Of a stretch of DNA of 64,000 nucleotides, positions 19,715 to 29,455 are shown one piece after another. The position numbers and the translations under genes were made by a program. This DNA comes from Vicinamibacterales bacterium. Lineage in GTDB: Bacteria > Acidobacteriota > Vicinamibacteria > Vicinamibacterales > UBA8438. Location of the stretch: the NCBI GenBank assembly GCA_965207615.1, contig CBDBMZ010000003.1, forward strand, positions 1,257,994-1,321,993, read 5' to 3'. The notes beneath the pieces were generated by a model. That model was not told where the DNA came from. It saw only the letters and a list, made by a program, of their open reading frames with translations, and did not search any database. Positions within the stretch are counted from its first letter, which is position 1; every line of letters starts with the position of its first letter.

Positions 19715-20311
19715 ATGGACAGAGCCGACACGCGCTCCCGGGTCGACGAGGCGAGAGAACTGATCGAAAAGGCCTGGACCCTCCGTTGGAGAACGATGCA
19801 GTCGCCGCCGGCCGCCGAGGCCGAGTTGCAGCAGGCCATCGCCCGGTTCCACGGGTATCTCTCCGAGGCGGTGGGCCTCCTGCGCACGGCCGGCGCGACG
19901 CGCGAGCTGGTGGGGGCGCTGGGGAAGCTGGGCCATGCCGAGGAGAATGCCGGGCGCGTCGATGCCGCCCTGGCCTGCTACGAGGAGGCAGTGGCGGTCG
20001 CGCGCGGCGCGGACCACCGACTGCCGCTCGCCCATGCGCTGCGTCAACTCGGCGACCTGCATCGGAAGGCGGAGCGGTTGACCGCGGCGGAAGACTGCTA
20101 CGCGGAGGCCCTGACCCTCTACGGCGAGCAGGACGAGCCGCCGCCGCTCGACCACGCGAACGCCCTTCGACCGATGGCGATCCTCAAGGAGGCGCTGGGC
20201 CGGGTCGACGAGGCCAGGACCCTGTGGCAGCGCGCGCGCGAGCTCTACGGCGTGGCATCTATCGAGGCCGGGGTGGACGAGTGCACGGACCATCTCGCCC
20301 GACTCGGCTGA
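19715..20311 (+). CDS. Tetratricopeptide repeat protein
   Basis: Helical repeats ALGKLGH..AALACYEEAV and ALRQLGDLH..AEDCYAEAL. Confidence 0.8.
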   Translation: MDRADTRSRVDEARELIEKAWTLRWRTMQSPPAAEAELQQAIARFHGYLSEAVGLLRTAGATRELVGALGKLGHAEENAGRVDAALACYEEAVAVARGADHRLPLAHALRQLGDLHRKAERLTAAEDCYAEALTLYGEQDEPPPLDHANALRPMAILKEALGRVDEARTLWQRARELYGVASIEAGVDECTDHLARLG

Positions 20312-20472
20312 ACCGTCCGACGATGGCCGCCTCGCGGCCGCGCGGGCGATCCGCCTGACCGCCACGGCTCGCGCTGCACCATGACCGGACGTGCGGGTAC
20401 GGCAGCCTGTGATTGATCGATGATTGCGCGCTGCAAACCCACCGCCGTGTCCGAAGATCAGCACGTGACGCA

Positions 20473-21102
20473 CTAGAAGCCGGGCTTCAGCGTCCCCTTC
20501 TCGCGCGCGATCTCCAACAGCGTCGGATAGAACTGCACGAAGGTGCGCTCGACCGCGGTGTGCTCGGTGTGGCACTCGACGCACCGCGCCACGTCGTCGC
20601 CGACGAGAGGGGCGACCGCGTCGGGCATCGAGCCGGCGCGCCCGAACGCGTAGAACCCCCACCCGTCCTCGAAGCGCGAGTCCTTCACCTCGGCCTCGAG
20701 CGAGAGCAGCCGGCTCTGGAAGCTCCCCGCCACGTTGATCGACGACTCGGAGGCCGCCTCCCGAATCTCGAGGACGAAGATGCTGCCGTCCGGCCACTCC
20801 CCCGTCTCGGCGAACCCCGCGTAGGCCGAGCGGTTCACGAAGACGTTCTGGAACCGCATGGGGCGCGCGCCGCTGCCGGCCTCCCCGACCCGTTCGGCCT
20901 CGTAGGTCATCCCGAGGCCGGCGCTCAGGAACATCCACTCGCGGTAGTCGTCGGGGCGGACGAGCTCGTTGCCGTTGCGGTAGCGCGGGCCGTCGCCGGC
21001 CTCGGACTGGGCGCGCGCGGTGACGGCCAGCGATGCGACGCTTGCCGCCGCCACGCCCAAGGCTATCTTCATGCTCCGGACGGTCATCTTCCTGGTCTCC
21101 AC
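20473..21102 (-). CDS. Cytochrome P460/c'-beta family protein
   Basis: Signal peptide; LVRPDDYREW, FQNVFVN, WPDGSIFVLE, EVKD..GWGFY; C-terminal CVECH..TFVQFYP. Start may be 21087 or 21072. Confidence 0.87.
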   Translation of the reverse strand: METRKMTVRSMKIALGVAAASVASLAVTARAQSEAGDGPRYRNGNELVRPDDYREWMFLSAGLGMTYEAERVGEAGSGARPMRFQNVFVNRSAYAGFAETGEWPDGSIFVLEIREAASESSINVAGSFQSRLLSLEAEVKDSRFEDGWGFYAFGRAGSMPDAVAPLVGDDVARCVECHTEHTAVERTFVQFYPTLLEIAREKGTLKPGF

Positions 21103-21218
21103 GTCATCCCGCCCGCGAGAACGCCGGCAGGAGGTCTCCCACCGTCGACACGGGGGCGCATCTACTATCGAAGCGGCTCTCTTCTACTGTCCAAGCGGCT
21201 CTCTTCCATCTCCCCGAC

Positions 21219-22570
21219 TCATCCCGCCAGCCCCTCCAGCGGACCGTCGGCGGTGCCGAAGCTGTCGACCGGCACGCCCATGCCCTGCAGCAGCGACACG
21301 TGGATGCGCGCCAGGTCGGTCGGCTCGGCATACTCCAAGAAGCGGCCGGTCCCGATGGTCCCGCCCCCGCCGCCCGCGAGCAGGGTCGGCAGGTGCTGGG
21401 CGTCGTGCTCGTTCCCGTCGCCGAGGGTCGCCCCGTAGACGATCATGCTGTTGTCGAGCAGGGTCCCGCCGTTCGGCTCGCGCACCGACTGCAGGCGCCC
21501 GAGCAGGTACGCGACCTGCCGGTGGTGCCAGCGGATGACCTCGGCGTACATCGCCCGCTTCTGCTCCACCGAGTCCCACGAGGTGACGCCGTCGTCGTCC
21601 TCGGTCTTGCCCGACGCGTTCTTGTAGTGCGACAGCGCGTGCCACGTGCCGCGCACCCCCTCGATGAAGTTGAAGTAGCGGTTCGACTGCCCGTGGTCGA
21701 GCATGAAAGTGCAGACGCGGGTGGCGTCGGACTGGAACGCGGCCACCATCAGGTCCATCATCAGCCGCATGTAAGACTCGTGGTCGGCGGGGATGCCCGG
21801 GGTGGGCGTGGTCAGGGTGTCGGTCAGCGCCGAGTCGTCGCGCATCTCCGCCGAGCGGCGCTCCGCGAACTCGATGCGGCGCTCGAGCGCCCGGATCGAT
21901 TCGAAGTACTCGTCGAGCCGGTAGCGGTCGGCGGTGCTGACGTAGCTGCCGAGGGCGCGGGCGTCGGCGAGCACCGCGTCCATGACCGAGCGGTCGGTGG
22001 CGCCGCCCGACGGCGGCCGGAACATGCGGTCGAAGACGGCGCGGGGCTCGATCTCGCGGGACATCGGGCGGTCGGGCGCCGACCACGAGATGGCGTTGCG
22101 CGGCAGCGAGTTCGAGAAGAAGCCCTCGCCCTGCACCGACAGCTCGAGCGACGGCAGCATCGTCTCGTCGCGAAGGTGCCGCGCCGCCACCTGGTCGGCC
22201 GAGACACCGCCGGCGTTGACGGCGAGGCGGTCGTAGTCGCCACCGGTCAGCCACGTCGGCGGCCCGCCCACGTGGCCGTTGCCCTCGGGCGTCCAGATGT
22301 TGGTGGGGATGACGAGGTGCTCCCTGAACGGCTCGAGGGGGCGCATCCACTCGTTGAGCTTCACGAGCCGTCCCCCGGGCTCGGTCTCCTCCGGATACCA
22401 GGTGCCGCGCGGGATTCCGTTCGGGAAGTAGAGATAGGCCATCCGGTTCGCGGACGCCGGGGCGGCCGGCGGCCCGCCGCGTCGGACGGCATGACGTCGA
22501 GCAGCGGGAGGGCCACGGTGGCCCCGAGCCCGCGCAGCACGGTGCGGCGCGACAGGCGGCGTGACTGCAT
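21219..22570 (-). CDS. DUF1552 domain protein (Tat), interrupted by a one-base deletion near 22474
   Basis: MQSRRLSRRTVLRGLGATVALPLLDVM in one frame; NRMAYLYFPNG...SLELS..ISWS..FDRMF..GTLLDN in another. Adding one G to the run at 22473-22475 restores a full gene. Confidence 0.85.
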
Positions 22571-24594
22571 CAGTCGGTCTCCTCGACGCGGTTCTTCTTG
22601 TACTGGAAGGGATAGCTGGCCACGATCTCCTGCAGCAGCGTCTGGAAGCGGTAGCCGTCCGCCTCGAGGGCGGCGACGATCGTGCGCACCGCCGGCTCGT
22701 CGTAGTACTCGAGCTGGCGGCCAAGGGCGTAGGCGAGCATCTTCGACGTCACCTGCCGCACGAGGTCGTCGTGCCGGTTGTCGAGGAGCGCCTTCTTCAG
22801 CCCCGCGGGGCCCGCGAACGGCGTCCCGTCGGGCAGCGCCCCGTCGGCGGCGATGGCGCGATGGGTGTTCTTGTAGTACCGCACGATGGGGTCGGGGCTC
22901 GTCTCGGTCTCGAACTCGACCGTCTCGTCCGCTTCCGCCGGGTCCTCCACCCGCTGCCGGAAGTGATAGGTCTCGCGCCAGCGCCCGAAGTAGTCGAAGT
23001 TCTCGAGGCTGAAGCCGATGGGGTCGATGCGGCGGTGACACGCGGCGCAGGTCTCGTTGCTCGAGTGCATCTCGAGCTTCTCGCGGAAGCTGAGCCCCCG
23101 CAGGTCGGCCACCTCCTCGCTGAGCACGCCGGCGTTCGGCGGCGGGGGCGGGGGCGGGGTGCCGAGCAGCACGTCTAGCACGTAGTTGCCCCGCTTGACG
23201 GGGCTCGTCTCCTTGTAGTTCGACGTCAGGGCGAGGATGCTGGGCTGCCCGAGGACCCCGCCGCGGTTGGGGTCGTGGAGGGCCACTCGCCGCATGTGCT
23301 CGCCGCGGACCCCCTTCATGCCGTACAGCGTGCCCGCCAGCTCGGCGTTGACGTAGGTGTAGTCGGCGTCGATGAGGCTCCGAATGGGCCGGTCCTCGCG
23401 GAGCAGCGACAGGAAGAAGAGCGACGACTCGTCGCGCATCGCGGTCATCAGCGTCGCCGTGCACCACGGGTTGTCGATGGGGTCGAGCCAGATGCGGGTG
23501 CCGACGTGCTGGAAACCGAGCCACTGCGCCGCGAACACCGTCCCCAGGGTGTCGGCCCGCCGGTCGGCGAGCATGCGCGCGACCTGCGCCCGCAGCGTCC
23601 CGGGGTCGCTCAGCTCCCCGCCCGCCGCGAGGTCGAAGAGCTCCCGGTCGGGCATCGAGGCCCACAGGAAGTACGACAGGCGCGAGGCGAGCTCCCAGTC
23701 ATCGACCCGGTAGGCGTCGCCGCCCTCGCGGCCCCGCTCGACCCTCAGCAGGAACTTCGGCGAGATCAGGACCGACTGCAGCACCCGCTTGACCGCGGCC
23801 TCGTGGCCGAGCCCCGCCGCCCGGCCGATGCGGTACCGGTCCACGGCCTGATCGACCTCCCCGGCGGTGGCCGGCCGCCGGTAGGCGCGGCCCAGGAACC
23901 GCTCGAGCACCGCCTCGGCCGCGTCATCTTCGCCGACCTCCCCGCCCGGCTCGGCCACGAAGATCAGCTCGCGCGACGCGAGGTGACGGACGTCGGTCGG
24001 CTCCACCGGCAGGGCGAGCTCGACGATGCGCTCCGCCGCCGCGATGTAGCGCTCCATCAGCGCCGGCTGCAGGAACAGGGTGTTCGACGAGTTGTCGAAC
24101 CCGCTCGACCCCGTCAGCTCGTCGGGAAACCGGTCGGTGACGTTCAGCGCGACCCCGAACAGGTCGCGGATGGTGTTGTCGTACTCGGTGTGGGTGAGCC
24201 GACGCATCAGCTCGAAGCCGGGGTCGTCGAGACTCGAGTAGTCGAACTCCTCGATGTCGCGGTGCAGCAGGGCGGCCATGCGCCGCCGCACCTCGGGCGG
24301 AAGCGGCGGGGCGCCGGCCGGCGGCATCTCGCCATGGTCGAGGGCCTCGATGACGCGCTCCCACGTCTCGCGGTTGCGGACGAGGGGACGCTCGGTCACG
24401 AGCGTCGCGAGGTTGATGCCGGCGGTCTGGGTCTGCGGCCCGTGGCAACGGAAGCAGTACTGCTCGGCGAGGGGGGCGACGGCGTGCAACTCGGCGTCGG
24501 TCTGGGCGGAAGCGGCCGGGGCCACCCCCAACGCCCCGGCGAGCGCCAGGGTGAACACACCCGCGCGGCGAAGTCCGTTCCTCATCGTCCGCAT
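22570..24594 (-). CDS. DUF1592/DUF1588-type planctomycete cytochrome c domain protein
   Basis: CFRCH...MPP; RRLTHTEYDNTIRDL; ELASRLSYFLWASMPD; TSPVKRG; CAACH..IDPIGF; YALGR. Confidence 0.9.
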   Translation of the reverse strand: MRTMRNGLRRAGVFTLALAGALGVAPAASAQTDAELHAVAPLAEQYCFRCHGPQTQTAGINLATLVTERPLVRNRETWERVIEALDHGEMPPAGAPPLPPEVRRRMAALLHRDIEEFDYSSLDDPGFELMRRLTHTEYDNTIRDLFGVALNVTDRFPDELTGSSGFDNSSNTLFLQPALMERYIAAAERIVELALPVEPTDVRHLASRELIFVAEPGGEVGEDDAAEAVLERFLGRAYRRPATAGEVDQAVDRYRIGRAAGLGHEAAVKRVLQSVLISPKFLLRVERGREGGDAYRVDDWELASRLSYFLWASMPDRELFDLAAGGELSDPGTLRAQVARMLADRRADTLGTVFAAQWLGFQHVGTRIWLDPIDNPWCTATLMTAMRDESSLFFLSLLREDRPIRSLIDADYTYVNAELAGTLYGMKGVRGEHMRRVALHDPNRGGVLGQPSILALTSNYKETSPVKRGNYVLDVLLGTPPPPPPPNAGVLSEEVADLRGLSFREKLEMHSSNETCAACHRRIDPIGFSLENFDYFGRWRETYHFRQRVEDPAEADETVEFETETSPDPIVRYYKNTHRAIAADGALPDGTPFAGPAGLKKALLDNRHDDLVRQVTSKMLAYALGRQLEYYDEPAVRTIVAALEADGYRFQTLLQEIVASYPFQYKKNRVEETD

Positions 24595-24754
24595 CCCCGA
24601 TTCCGGGTCGTTTCGAAGGTTCCTGCGAGCGGGCACACTGCGGCGCGCCTCATTATACGAGCTCCCGACGATTCCTCCAGTCGCGATGCGCCGGTCGGCC
24701 GGCCGCACCCGCCGCGGCCGGGACCCGACCGTCCGACTCCAGCGCCCACTCGCC

Positions 24755-25789
24755 TCAGTGGATGTACGTGCTGCGGGCAAGCACGCGCCCGTCGCCGCGC
24801 CGCAGCTCCACGTCGATGTCATGGGACCCCGGCTCAAGGTCCGGCGCCAGGGTGAACAGCACGTAGCGCCCGCCGACTGCGCTCGCCAACCGCTCGACGG
24901 CGCGCCGCGGATAGTGAAAGGTCGTCAGGAACAGCCCGCCGGTGTGATGGGAGACGTCCCGCAGGGCGTGCTCGAAGGTGTGGTAGTCGGCCTGAGTCAC
25001 GTCGAGCGAGAACACGGCGGCGCGGGCCGCATCGAGGGCGTCGAGGGCCCGGTCGTAGCGGTTGAAGCCGTGGTCGAAGCCGTAACCGATCAGGACCACC
25101 GACTTCGACCCGGGCATGGGCTCGAGCACCTCGCCGAGCCGCCGCAGGGCATCCTCGACCTGCCAGATCGTCCGCCCCTCGGCCTGGTCGATGCCCGCCA
25201 CGATCGAGGGCCCCGCCTGCGACTCGAGCGCCGGCGGATCCTCGTGCATCACGTCCCAGGCGAGCACCTCGCGCGCGCGCTCCAGGTCGGCGGTGAAATC
25301 GAGCCAGAGCTTGAAGTGGTGCTCGAACGAGACCACCGCCACCCGGTCGTCCGGCCCGACCCCCGCCAGCAGGCGATCGCTGTCCCGCAGCAGCCGCAGC
25401 AACCCCAGCGCCCGGTCCGCCTCCAGGCTCTTCTGCACGAAGAACACGACGAGCTGCCGGCGGTCGCGCGGCGCGAGGACGGCGGTGAGGTCTGTCGAAG
25501 GCAGGGGCGCCCGGGCGGACCCGTCGGCGCCGTCGAGCCCGTCGGCGCCGAGCCAGAGCGCGGACTCGACGTCGACCGGCTCGCCGCCTATCCGGACCTC
25601 GAAGTCGTCCGGCGCGAGCCCCGCCACCGGCTCGCCCTCGTCGCCGATCACCCGCACGTCGATCAGGACGCGCGAGACGTCGACCCGCTCGACCAGCTCC
25701 GGCTGCTGCTGCGCGGCCAGCCCCGCCGCGGCGGACAGCACCATCGCCGCCGTCGACCAACCGCGCCGGTCACCGAAGGGTCGGGTCAT
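24755..25789 (-). CDS. VWA domain protein (Acidobacterial VWFA-related)
   Basis: Signal peptide; VLIDVRV..GEPVAGLAPDDF; DRVAVVSF; DFTADL; KSVVLIGYG; TGG. Confidence 0.8.
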   Translation of the reverse strand: MTRPFGDRRGWSTAAMVLSAAAGLAAQQQPELVERVDVSRVLIDVRVIGDEGEPVAGLAPDDFEVRIGGEPVDVESALWLGADGLDGADGSARAPLPSTDLTAVLAPRDRRQLVVFFVQKSLEADRALGLLRLLRDSDRLLAGVGPDDRVAVVSFEHHFKLWLDFTADLERAREVLAWDVMHEDPPALESQAGPSIVAGIDQAEGRTIWQVEDALRRLGEVLEPMPGSKSVVLIGYGFDHGFNRYDRALDALDAARAAVFSLDVTQADYHTFEHALRDVSHHTGGLFLTTFHYPRRAVERLASAVGGRYVLFTLAPDLEPGSHDIDVELRRGDGRVLARSTYIH

Positions 25790-25813
25790 GACGTCCCCGC
25801 GGCGGTCGCGACC

Positions 25814-26305
25814 TCACGCACCCGGCTCGTCGGCCTTCCGGCCGGCGTGGAACTCGGCGTAGACGTACACCGGAATCTTCAGGCCGCCGAGGCGCTCCTC
25901 GAGCACGGGGCGGACGTCGTCCCACTCGAGCCCCCCCACGCCGGTGGCGAGCCTCGGCAGGGCGAGAGACTTCAGGCCCTCGCCCTCGACGATGTGCGAA
26001 AGGGCGCGCAGCGAGTCGCGGACGTGCTTGACGGTGGCGCGCCCCGGGCGGCTGCCGTGGCCGTACCCGCCTTCCTGGGTGATGAGATTGATGACCCGCA
26101 CGCCTCCCGCCCCGCCCCACAGCCACGCCTCGCCCGGCTTCGGGTGCTTCAGGTTGCACCAGTGGTGGTAGTCCTTGTGCATCGCCGGGTACATCTCGTG
26201 CAGCGATCGCGCCAGCCCCTGGTTCATCGGGTCCTTCGGGGCCACGCCGTGGGCCAGCGCCTGCGCGCGGCTGAGGAGGATGTCTCCCGAGACGTAGTGA
26301 ATCAC
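25814..26305 (-). CDS. Macro domain protein (DarG/TARG1-like subfamily)
   Basis: IHYVSGDIL, AHGVAP, VINLITQ, SLALPRLATGVGGLEW; GTG start with AGAAAGGA RBS. Confidence 0.88.
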   Translation of the reverse strand: MIHYVSGDILLSRAQALAHGVAPKDPMNQGLARSLHEMYPAMHKDYHHWCNLKHPKPGEAWLWGGAGGVRVINLITQEGGYGHGSRPGRATVKHVRDSLRALSHIVEGEGLKSLALPRLATGVGGLEWDDVRPVLEERLGGLKIPVYVYAEFHAGRKADEPGA

Positions 26306-26629
26306 GAGCCAGTCCTTTCTGCCTCCGGCGCGTCCGCGTGCCGGGCGTTCATGCGCCGAAGATGATACAGCCATCCCCGCCCGGGGTCTTCCGGGCGATC
26401 CGGGCACCCCGGCCGCCTCCGGGCGCGGCGCCCGCATCACATTCCGCCGCGGTGTCGGGAAGAGCGCGCCTTCGCCGCGATGAGCTCGTCCGAGCCACCC
26501 CCGGCCATCGCGAGCGAGGGGCGCGACTCCGGTCACACCCTAGACCGGGAGCTGTCCACGACGACCGTATATCGGTAAAGTTTGTTTCCGTATATCTACT
26601 TTATCGGCAACAATATTGTCCAGACAGCC

Positions 26630-27931
26630 ATGCCCGACTCGTTGCGCGACATCATCCTCGACTTCCGCGAGGCCGATCTGCGGACCGGTGTCCCGCGCCG
26701 CATCGACGTGACGCCGACGCCGGGCAAGGCCACCGTCTGCATCGGCCCGCGGCGCGCCGGCAAGTCGACGTTCCTGTTCCAGCAGATACGGAAGCTGCTC
26801 GACCGCGGCGTGCCGCGCGACAACATCCTCTACCTCAACCTCTTCGACGATCGCCTGCGCCACCTGCAGCACGACGGCCTCGGCGGCGTGGCCGACGCCT
26901 ACTACTCCCTCCACCCCGAGAAGAAGAACACCGAGACGGTGCACTGCTTCTTCGACGAGATCCAGGTCGTTCCCGGCTGGGAGCCGTTCGTGGACCGCAT
27001 CATGCGCACCGAGAAGTGCGAGGTGCACCTCACCGGCTCGTCGGCCCGGATGCTCTCGGGAGAGATCGCGACGCAGATGCGCGGCCGGGCGTTGTCGTGG
27101 GAGATCTTCCCCTTCTCGTTCCGGGAGTTCCTCGACTTTCACGGCATCGATGCCGCCGGCCCCCTGTCGACGCGGCGGCGCCTCCTGATCCGCAAGGCGT
27201 TCGACGACTACTGGTGGCGGGGCGGATTCCCGGAAGTGGCGGGGATCGACCGCGCGTTGCGCATCCGGATCCACCAGGAGTACTGGGGCGCGATGCTGTT
27301 TCGCGACCTCGTCGAGCGGCACGACGTCTCGCATCCGCGGGCCGTCTCCGACCTCGCGCAGCGGCTGGTCGACGACACGGCGTCCCTCTACTCCGTCAAT
27401 CGGCTCACCCGGTATCTTCAGTCCCTCGGACACCGGGCGCCGAAGTCGGCCGTCTCCGACTACGTGGAGTGGTTCGAGGACGCCTTCTTCCTGTTCACGG
27501 TGCGCATCTTCGACGCCTCGCTGTCGCGCGCCAACGTGAACCCGAAGAAGATCTACTGCGTCGACCACGCGCTGGTGAGGTCGGTCGGCTCGCGCATCCT
27601 GGTCAACGCCGGCCACCTGCTCGAGAACCTCGTGTTCACGGCGCTGCGCCGGCGCACCCCCGACATCCGCTACTTCAAAGATCGGAACGGGCGCGAGGTC
27701 GACTTCGTGGCGCGGATGCCGGACGGGAGCCGCGCGCTGATTCAGGTCTGCGAGTCGCTGGTGGATCCGAGGACGCGCAAGCGGGAGGTCGCGGCGCTCA
27801 ACCGGGCGATGGCCGCGCTGGAGCTGCGGGAGGGCATTATCGTGACCCGCGACGAGGACGAGGCGGTCCCGGTCGACGCCGGCCGCATCGACGTCGTCCC
27901 GGCGTGGCGCTTTCTCCTCGACATCGGGTGA
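26630..27931 (+). CDS. AAA+ ATPase (AAA_14 + DUF4143)
   Basis: GPRRAGKS, FFDEIQ, LTGSSA, GGFPE, KIYCVD, LLENLV, EVDF..LIQV. Confidence 0.92.
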   Translation: MPDSLRDIILDFREADLRTGVPRRIDVTPTPGKATVCIGPRRAGKSTFLFQQIRKLLDRGVPRDNILYLNLFDDRLRHLQHDGLGGVADAYYSLHPEKKNTETVHCFFDEIQVVPGWEPFVDRIMRTEKCEVHLTGSSARMLSGEIATQMRGRALSWEIFPFSFREFLDFHGIDAAGPLSTRRRLLIRKAFDDYWWRGGFPEVAGIDRALRIRIHQEYWGAMLFRDLVERHDVSHPRAVSDLAQRLVDDTASLYSVNRLTRYLQSLGHRAPKSAVSDYVEWFEDAFFLFTVRIFDASLSRANVNPKKIYCVDHALVRSVGSRILVNAGHLLENLVFTALRRRTPDIRYFKDRNGREVDFVARMPDGSRALIQVCESLVDPRTRKREVAALNRAMAALELREGIIVTRDEDEAVPVDAGRIDVVPAWRFLLDIG

Positions 27932-28175
27932 TGCCGCTGGTCGGTGGAACCCAGCGATGTCGGCGAACTCGCTTCCACGAAAGCGCCATCCGCCGTCGGC
28001 GTTGCCGCGCAGACGATGTAGTCCGACTCGGCAGTGCCTGCTGGATCCGATCATCGCGAGCCCCGCCAGAAATCTTGAAAACTCGGAGTCAGCATCCGAA
28101 TCTTCAAACGAAACGCCAATCCGCAGGTCGAGGCGACCTGGCGCGAGCGGCCGCCCCCGCCGCCGGCGGCGAACC

Positions 28176-28718
28176 TCATCCCGTGGATTGGCGGCCTTCC
28201 CGCGACCGCCACTCCCGAAGCCTGATCCTCGACCGCTCGGGCAGCGCTTCGCCCGGAAAGACTGCATCGTGGATCCGTTCCAGCTCGCCTGCGCTCTCGA
28301 TTCCGCAGCGACCGGCGACGCGTTCGATGTCCTCCCAGTCGATGTCCCTCCCCGCCCGCATCTTCATGGCGATGATGTGCTCCGCGCTCGCGCCCGTCAC
28401 CACCAGGTGCGGCGACTGATACAGCACCCTGGCCCGCTGGTCCGTCGTTCGCGGCAGCTTCTGCGTGCCCTGCTCGTTCATCCACGTCGTCGGCCACGCC
28501 CGCTCCCGTGCAATCTTCAGGATCACTTCCTGAACGGCTCCATGTTCCTCCCGGACGTGACCGTCGATGTCGCCCGTGACCCGGCTCCCGTCGAAGCTGA
28601 GGCTCACGCACGGGCCTCCGTAAACGTAGATGTGAGTTCGCCGCCTCTGCTTGCGCAACTCCCGGTCCAGCGCTTCCAGGGCTTCGACGATGGCCGCCCG
28701 GTCGAGGGTCGGGCTCAT
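28176..28718 (-). CDS. DUF6036-like nucleotidyltransferase (putative toxin)
   Basis: IYVYGG...RVTGDID, WMNE, HIIAMKMRAGRDIDWEDI; ATGA overlap with the upstream gene. Confidence 0.78.
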   Translation of the reverse strand: MSPTLDRAAIVEALEALDRELRKQRRRTHIYVYGGPCVSLSFDGSRVTGDIDGHVREEHGAVQEVILKIARERAWPTTWMNEQGTQKLPRTTDQRARVLYQSPHLVVTGASAEHIIAMKMRAGRDIDWEDIERVAGRCGIESAGELERIHDAVFPGEALPERSRIRLREWRSREGRQSTG

Positions 28719-29164
28719 GGTCGCGCCATCCAGTCGAACCGCTCCCCGCCGCGAGCGTCGAGCTCGAGCGGATCGGGGATCGCACCGTGACGGATGAACG
28801 CGCCGGGGCTGTACATCGCGGCGTCGACGCGGATCGCGGGGCTGTCGGTCACGAACCAGGTCGGGGCGAGAAACCACTCAGGCCCCTCGTTCCATGCCGG
28901 GTTCTCCCATCCGTTGAGCCACGCCACGTGTTCGACCATGCCGCCGATGAGCGCGTCCCAGCGGGTGCCGCTCGGAGCGGGACGTGCGTGGAGCACCCGA
29001 TGCCGTTCATCCCGGGTCATCGCGTGCAGCTTCCGGGGCAGATCGCGAATCACCGCGCGCTTGCGCTCCGTATCGTCTTCCGCCTCGACGATGCACCGGG
29101 TGTAGTCGTCGAGGCTCAGCCCCCGCAGACAGAGCGGGTGCCGAACCCTCGTCACGCGTCCCAC
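28715..29164 (-). CDS. Partner protein of the DUF6036 NTase (putative antitoxin)
   Basis: PAPSGTRWDALIGGMVEHVA..PAW..FLAPTWF..SPGAFIRHG, a motif pattern recalled from upstream of DUF6036 genes; start uncertain. Confidence 0.65.
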   Translation of the reverse strand: MGRVTRVRHPLCLRGLSLDDYTRCIVEAEDDTERKRAVIRDLPRKLHAMTRDERHRVLHARPAPSGTRWDALIGGMVEHVAWLNGWENPAWNEGPEWFLAPTWFVTDSPAIRVDAAMYSPGAFIRHGAIPDPLELDARGGERFDWMARP

Positions 29165-29171
29165 ACTGTCC

Positions 29172-29414
29172 TCACGTTCTCCGCCAGCATTCCCAATCGC
29201 CCGACGGAATCAGCGGCTCGACGAGGCTCGCCCGGACCACGACGGAACCGCGTCCACACCCAAGCACCGTGCGATTGCGCGCGGGCCGAGGAACGGGCAC
29301 AACGCGCGCCAGCGGCACGTTCCGCTTCCGGATCTCGACCTCCTCACCGTTCGCGACCGCGGCGAGGTACTTGCTCAGGCGCTGCTTGAACTCGGCGATG
29401 TCGGCAATCTTCAT
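29172..29414 (-). CDS. Phd/YefM family antitoxin (orphan)
   Basis: MKIADIAEFKQRLSKYLAAVANGEEVEIRKRNVPLARVVP. Confidence 0.88.
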   Translation of the reverse strand: MKIADIAEFKQRLSKYLAAVANGEEVEIRKRNVPLARVVPVPRPARNRTVLGCGRGSVVVRASLVEPLIPSGDWECWRRT

Positions 29415-29455
29415 CGGCAACATGGTAACCAAAGCTGGCGCCCGAGTCCGTGGGT

